DNA of 64,000 bases from Octopus vulgaris (Eukaryota), in NCBI GenBank assembly GCA_951406725.2, contig OX597820.1, positions 55,242,001 to 55,306,000 on the forward strand. The letters run 5' to 3'. The notes beneath the pieces were generated by a model, which saw only the letters and a list, made by a program, of their open reading frames with translations, was not told the DNA's origin and did not search any database. Of the stretch, positions 60,460 through 64,000 are shown piece after piece. Made by a program: the position numbers and the translations under genes. Positions within the stretch are counted from its first letter, which is position 1, and each line of letters starts with the position of its first letter.

Positions 60460-61017
60460 GATGCGTGGGTCACTTTTGAGTGCTACTGGTAACATGTAAC
60501 CCAGTACAACCTGTTGCATGGTCGGGTCGTCAGCAACTAAACCGGCAACTTCACCAAGCTTGCTTGGTGAGGAGGGTGTTTATTGGACACCCTGCGGGAT
60601 GAAAAACAAAACCCGTCAAAGGGCAGAGGAACTCTTGAGAGTCAACGGCCATCCAATAAATGTCTTAAGGCTGCATCATGCATGGGGACATATAAATAAT
60701 TGGACTGAATACCCGATCACGCGGTTAAACCATTGGGAGTGAAGGACTCCTAGCCTTTGTTAGGGCATCCTTCTAGGAGAAGGTAACTCAGGTAACTGGG
60801 ATAACTCCAACATAGAATCTGCGGCTCAGTGGTTACCGATGATGTTGACTTGTTCTTCTTTTCGGATTATGGCTGCTGTTGCTTAGTGAGTGGGATTGAC
60901 TCAGTACACAGCCTTTCCTCACTTTAAAAAAAAATCTTCTTGCACAGGCATTGCACGATAACAACAGTGATTAAGCTTTGTGCAATGGCCATACTCAATA
61001 ACGAGGGGGCAGCCACC
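60460..61017 (+). mobile_element. GC-richer, hairpin-rich interspersed element resembling an RTE 5' UTR, inserted in (TA)n
   Basis: Flanked by (TA)n on both sides; motif gggcatccttctaggagaaggtaactc; many short perfect stems. Confidence 0.5.
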
Positions 61018-61612
61018 ATATATATATACCTATACCTATATATATATATATATATACCTGTATATATATATGTATATATCTATCTATATATATATATATT
61101 CTTTTACCTTTTATTTCTTTCTGTCATTTGACTGTCGCCATGCTGGAGCACTGCCTTTAGTCGAACAAATTGACCCCAGGACTTATTCTTTGTAAGCCTA
61201 GTACTTATTCTATCAGTCTCTTTTGCCAAACTGCTAAGTTACTGGGACCTAAAAATGTTTTTGATGGGTCAAGAGTGAAGTACATGAGTTATTGGAGGTG
61301 AGTGGCATAAAATTGGTGGCACTCTGAACAGTCAACTGTCCTGAAGTATTACAGAGTCCATGGTGAAGCGAGTGCTGAATAGTACGTGACTGTGTGTTGG
61401 ACATTTACAATGAGAAATAGTATTTGAAAAACAGCTCAATATCTGCCCCATTGAGTTTAGTGGAATATGATCAAGGTTTTTATAAGTGATTGTCATGGCA
61501 TTGGCCTAGCCACAACAAAGATTATACGTAGAATTCTTACTTTGCAATTGAATGATTAGCATAGGAAATAGTAACTGTATGAGGATAATAATAATAATAA
61601 TAAGAATAAGAA

Positions 61613-61643
<31 letters not shown>

Positions 61644-61683
61644 AAGGTAAGAGTAGAAGAAAGATGTGAAGGTAAACTCTTAC

Positions 61684-61736
61684 CTATGAATTAGTTGGTT
61701 GGTCTCTATAACAAAAGATACTTCAACTGGATAGTT
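61684..61736 (-). CDS. AKAP14: AKAP14-like penultimate exon
   Basis: ttttag|AAC...CAT AG|gtaaga on minus; 53 bp; NYPVEVSFVIETNQLIH(R); phase 0-2. Confidence 0.87.
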
Positions 61737-62526
61737 CTAAAATGAAGAATTACAAAGCTTTAATGTTTCAGCTTTCTCAGACTAAAGGTGCTTGTTATTA
61801 CTGGTTTCAAAATGTGGCACAAGACCAGCAATCTTGGAGGAGTGGGTAAGTCAATTACATTGACCTCAGTGCTCAACTAGTACTTATTTTATCATCCTTG
61901 TAAGGATGAAAGGCAAAGTTAACCTTGGTAGAATTTGAACCCAGAATGTAAACACTGATGAAATGCTGCTAAGCATTTTGCCCGGCATGCTAACAATTCT
62001 TAATATTTGTTATTATTGGCATAAAGTTCAAACTCACTGTGTTGCTGTGCTGTAACCAATAAGGGAGCCTGTATATATTTGCTCCAGCTGCTAAAAATAT
62101 CAGTTCTATCTCTCTTGGGTTTGTAGTCTTGCAAGTTGCATGGTAACTCATTAGTGCAGGTGCCACAAAAGAAGTACCCAGTATACATTATAATGTGGTT
62201 GGCATTAGCAAGGGCTTCCAGTTGTAGAAACCATACCAAAGCAGACACAGGAGGACAATGCAATCCTTAGACTCACTGGGTCCTATCAACCTGTCCAACC
62301 CATGCTAGCATGGAACTTGGACATTAAATGACAATGAGGATGATGATCTCACTCAAAGGACATATTGAATAATGTAATCTAGAGTACACACTGAATGTAA
62401 AAAGAGTGTTTCTAACTAGAACACTACAACCATAGATTGACTTGATCAGGGTTGACAGGGGGCCAAACAACAATAACCTTGCCCTACTTATCATAAGGGT
62501 ACATGTTTAAATTATATTGCACTGTA

Positions 62527-62737
62527 AGGCGGCGAGCTGGCAGAAACGTTAGCACGCTGGGCGAAATGCGTAGCTGTATTTCGTCTGTCATTACGTTCTG
62601 AGTTCAAATTTTGCCGAGGTCAACTTTGCCTTTCATCCTCTCGGGGTCGATAAATTAAGTACCAGTTACGCACTGGGGTCGATATCTGTCCTTGTTTGTC
62701 TCCTCTGTGTTTAGCCCCTTGTGGGTAGTAAAGAAAT
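62527..62737 (+). mobile_element. SINE family B with perfect 17-bp TSD
   Basis: AATTATATTGCACTGTA at 62510-62526 and 62738-62754. Confidence 0.92.
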
Positions 62738-63667
62738 AATTATATTGCACTGTACTCCTACTGTCATTGTCTTGTTATAGTTAATAGAAGGACATGAGTT
62801 CAAACACTATCTGTACTGTACTCATTCATTGCTTAGATTAATCTTCATAGAAGGGAAACATCAAGCTTGTTATGCTATGTTGCAGTTACTTTAATGTCTT
62901 GGTTCAGCTACTAGAAGGACGTGAGTACAAAAGGGCTCTGTTGTTCTCCTATACAGTCTAATTCAACCTACTTATCACAAGGACACAGTTTCACACTAAT
63001 TGTAATTTCAAACTAATTCTTCTTTGAATACCTTGGTCTACTTATCAGAAGGACACAATTTCAAACTATTCTGTACTCTTGTTTTGCTTACACCATTGTG
63101 GTTATCAAGACTTAAATGCAAACCAACTGAATTGTTTATTCTACTCTGTATTATATTCTTTCTTTGAGCAAGGTACCTACTCTGAGTGCTTGCAATACAA
63201 TGAATGCTGTTAATGGCACTCAAGGGTTAGGAAAAGGTAGCAAATTGAACCTCATAACAGGTATATGATTAAGATGATAACTTGTTCATTGTATCAGGCT
63301 CAGAGAATTGTAACACATTATCAATAAGATGTATGAGTAAGTCTTAATAAAGGTCTGAGAATATTTATTCAATTTTGGTTTGAGGAATAGTTTCTTCATT
63401 ATTGCTCTAATGTTCAAATTTTTCTCAATTAACATCAACAATATGATGTATATAGTAAGGTACCTTTATCTTTACTTATAGCTTTTTGTCAACTGAAATG
63501 CATATAAAAACTTTGTTGTTTATTCAAAGTTTTAATAGGAAAATACCAAAGTATACAACTACAACAAAACAACAAACAGAAAATATAAACACACCAATCT
63601 TGGATATGAAACAGTTTTTTTAACCAAAACATCACTTTTTGAAAATGAACATAATTTAAACACATAC

Positions 63668-63847
63668 TTTTGGCTTAATCTTTGAAACCCGGAAGGTGAA
63701 ATAAATGCAAACAGTTTCACGAGGAATTGGTTTACACCGAGTTGGAATACTCCAGCGAACACGAAACTTGTGGTAGTTATCAAATTCAGATACTTCTGTT
63801 GCAATATAGTCGATACAATATAACCAACTTGGATGAAATTCCCATGT
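63668..63847 (-). CDS. AKAP14: AKAP14 (AKAP28-domain) like A-kinase anchoring protein, internal exon
   Basis: cttcag|ACA TGG...AAA|gtatgt on minus; 180 bp; TWEFHPSWLYCIDYI...FRVRWSIPTRCKPIPRETVCIYFTFRVSKIKPK, recognised as the AKAP28 domain (RVRWSIPTR.KPIPR.T). Confidence 0.88.
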
Positions 63848-64000
63848 CTGAAGAAATGAGTAAAGACAGAATAACAAAACAATGAAAATAACTAGAAACA
63901 TATACAGTAAGTTGCAAGTTGACAAAAATGATGAAACACCAATCTGATTTACTGTATAAGGTTAATGTAATTTTTTTGTTTCTGTTTGGGGCTCAGATCT

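Overview
AT-rich, intron-rich eukaryotic DNA. The SINE/RTE/Penelope repeat content and microsatellite load point to a coleoid cephalopod, probably Octopus (inference from recognised repeat types, no database search). Two host genes were assembled by hand from GT-AG junctions with consistent phases. (1) Nine + strand exons (19906-57645) encode about 481 aa of an SLC15A4-like proton-coupled oligopeptide/histidine transporter; the N-terminal exon(s) were not found in the window. (2) The last three exons of a convergent AKAP14/AKAP28-like gene lie on the - strand (63847-60135). The rest is decayed mobile DNA: RTE, R4/Dong-type and CR1/L2-type LINEs, Penelope-like elements, several tRNA-SINE families, mariner/pogo/hAT/piggyBac-type elements and solo LTRs. 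Three unexplained structural signals stand out. (a) About nine minimal hammerhead-ribozyme motifs (CTGANGA...GAAA), several in head-to-head palindromic cassettes, including a palindromic tRNA-SINE/hammerhead dimer. (b) Tandem hairpin plus H-type pseudoknot modules in the RTE 3' UTRs. (c) Several long foldback elements, two of them next to exons and one with a telomeric-repeat loop. Boundaries of decayed repeats are approximate and all RNA structures were read by eye.
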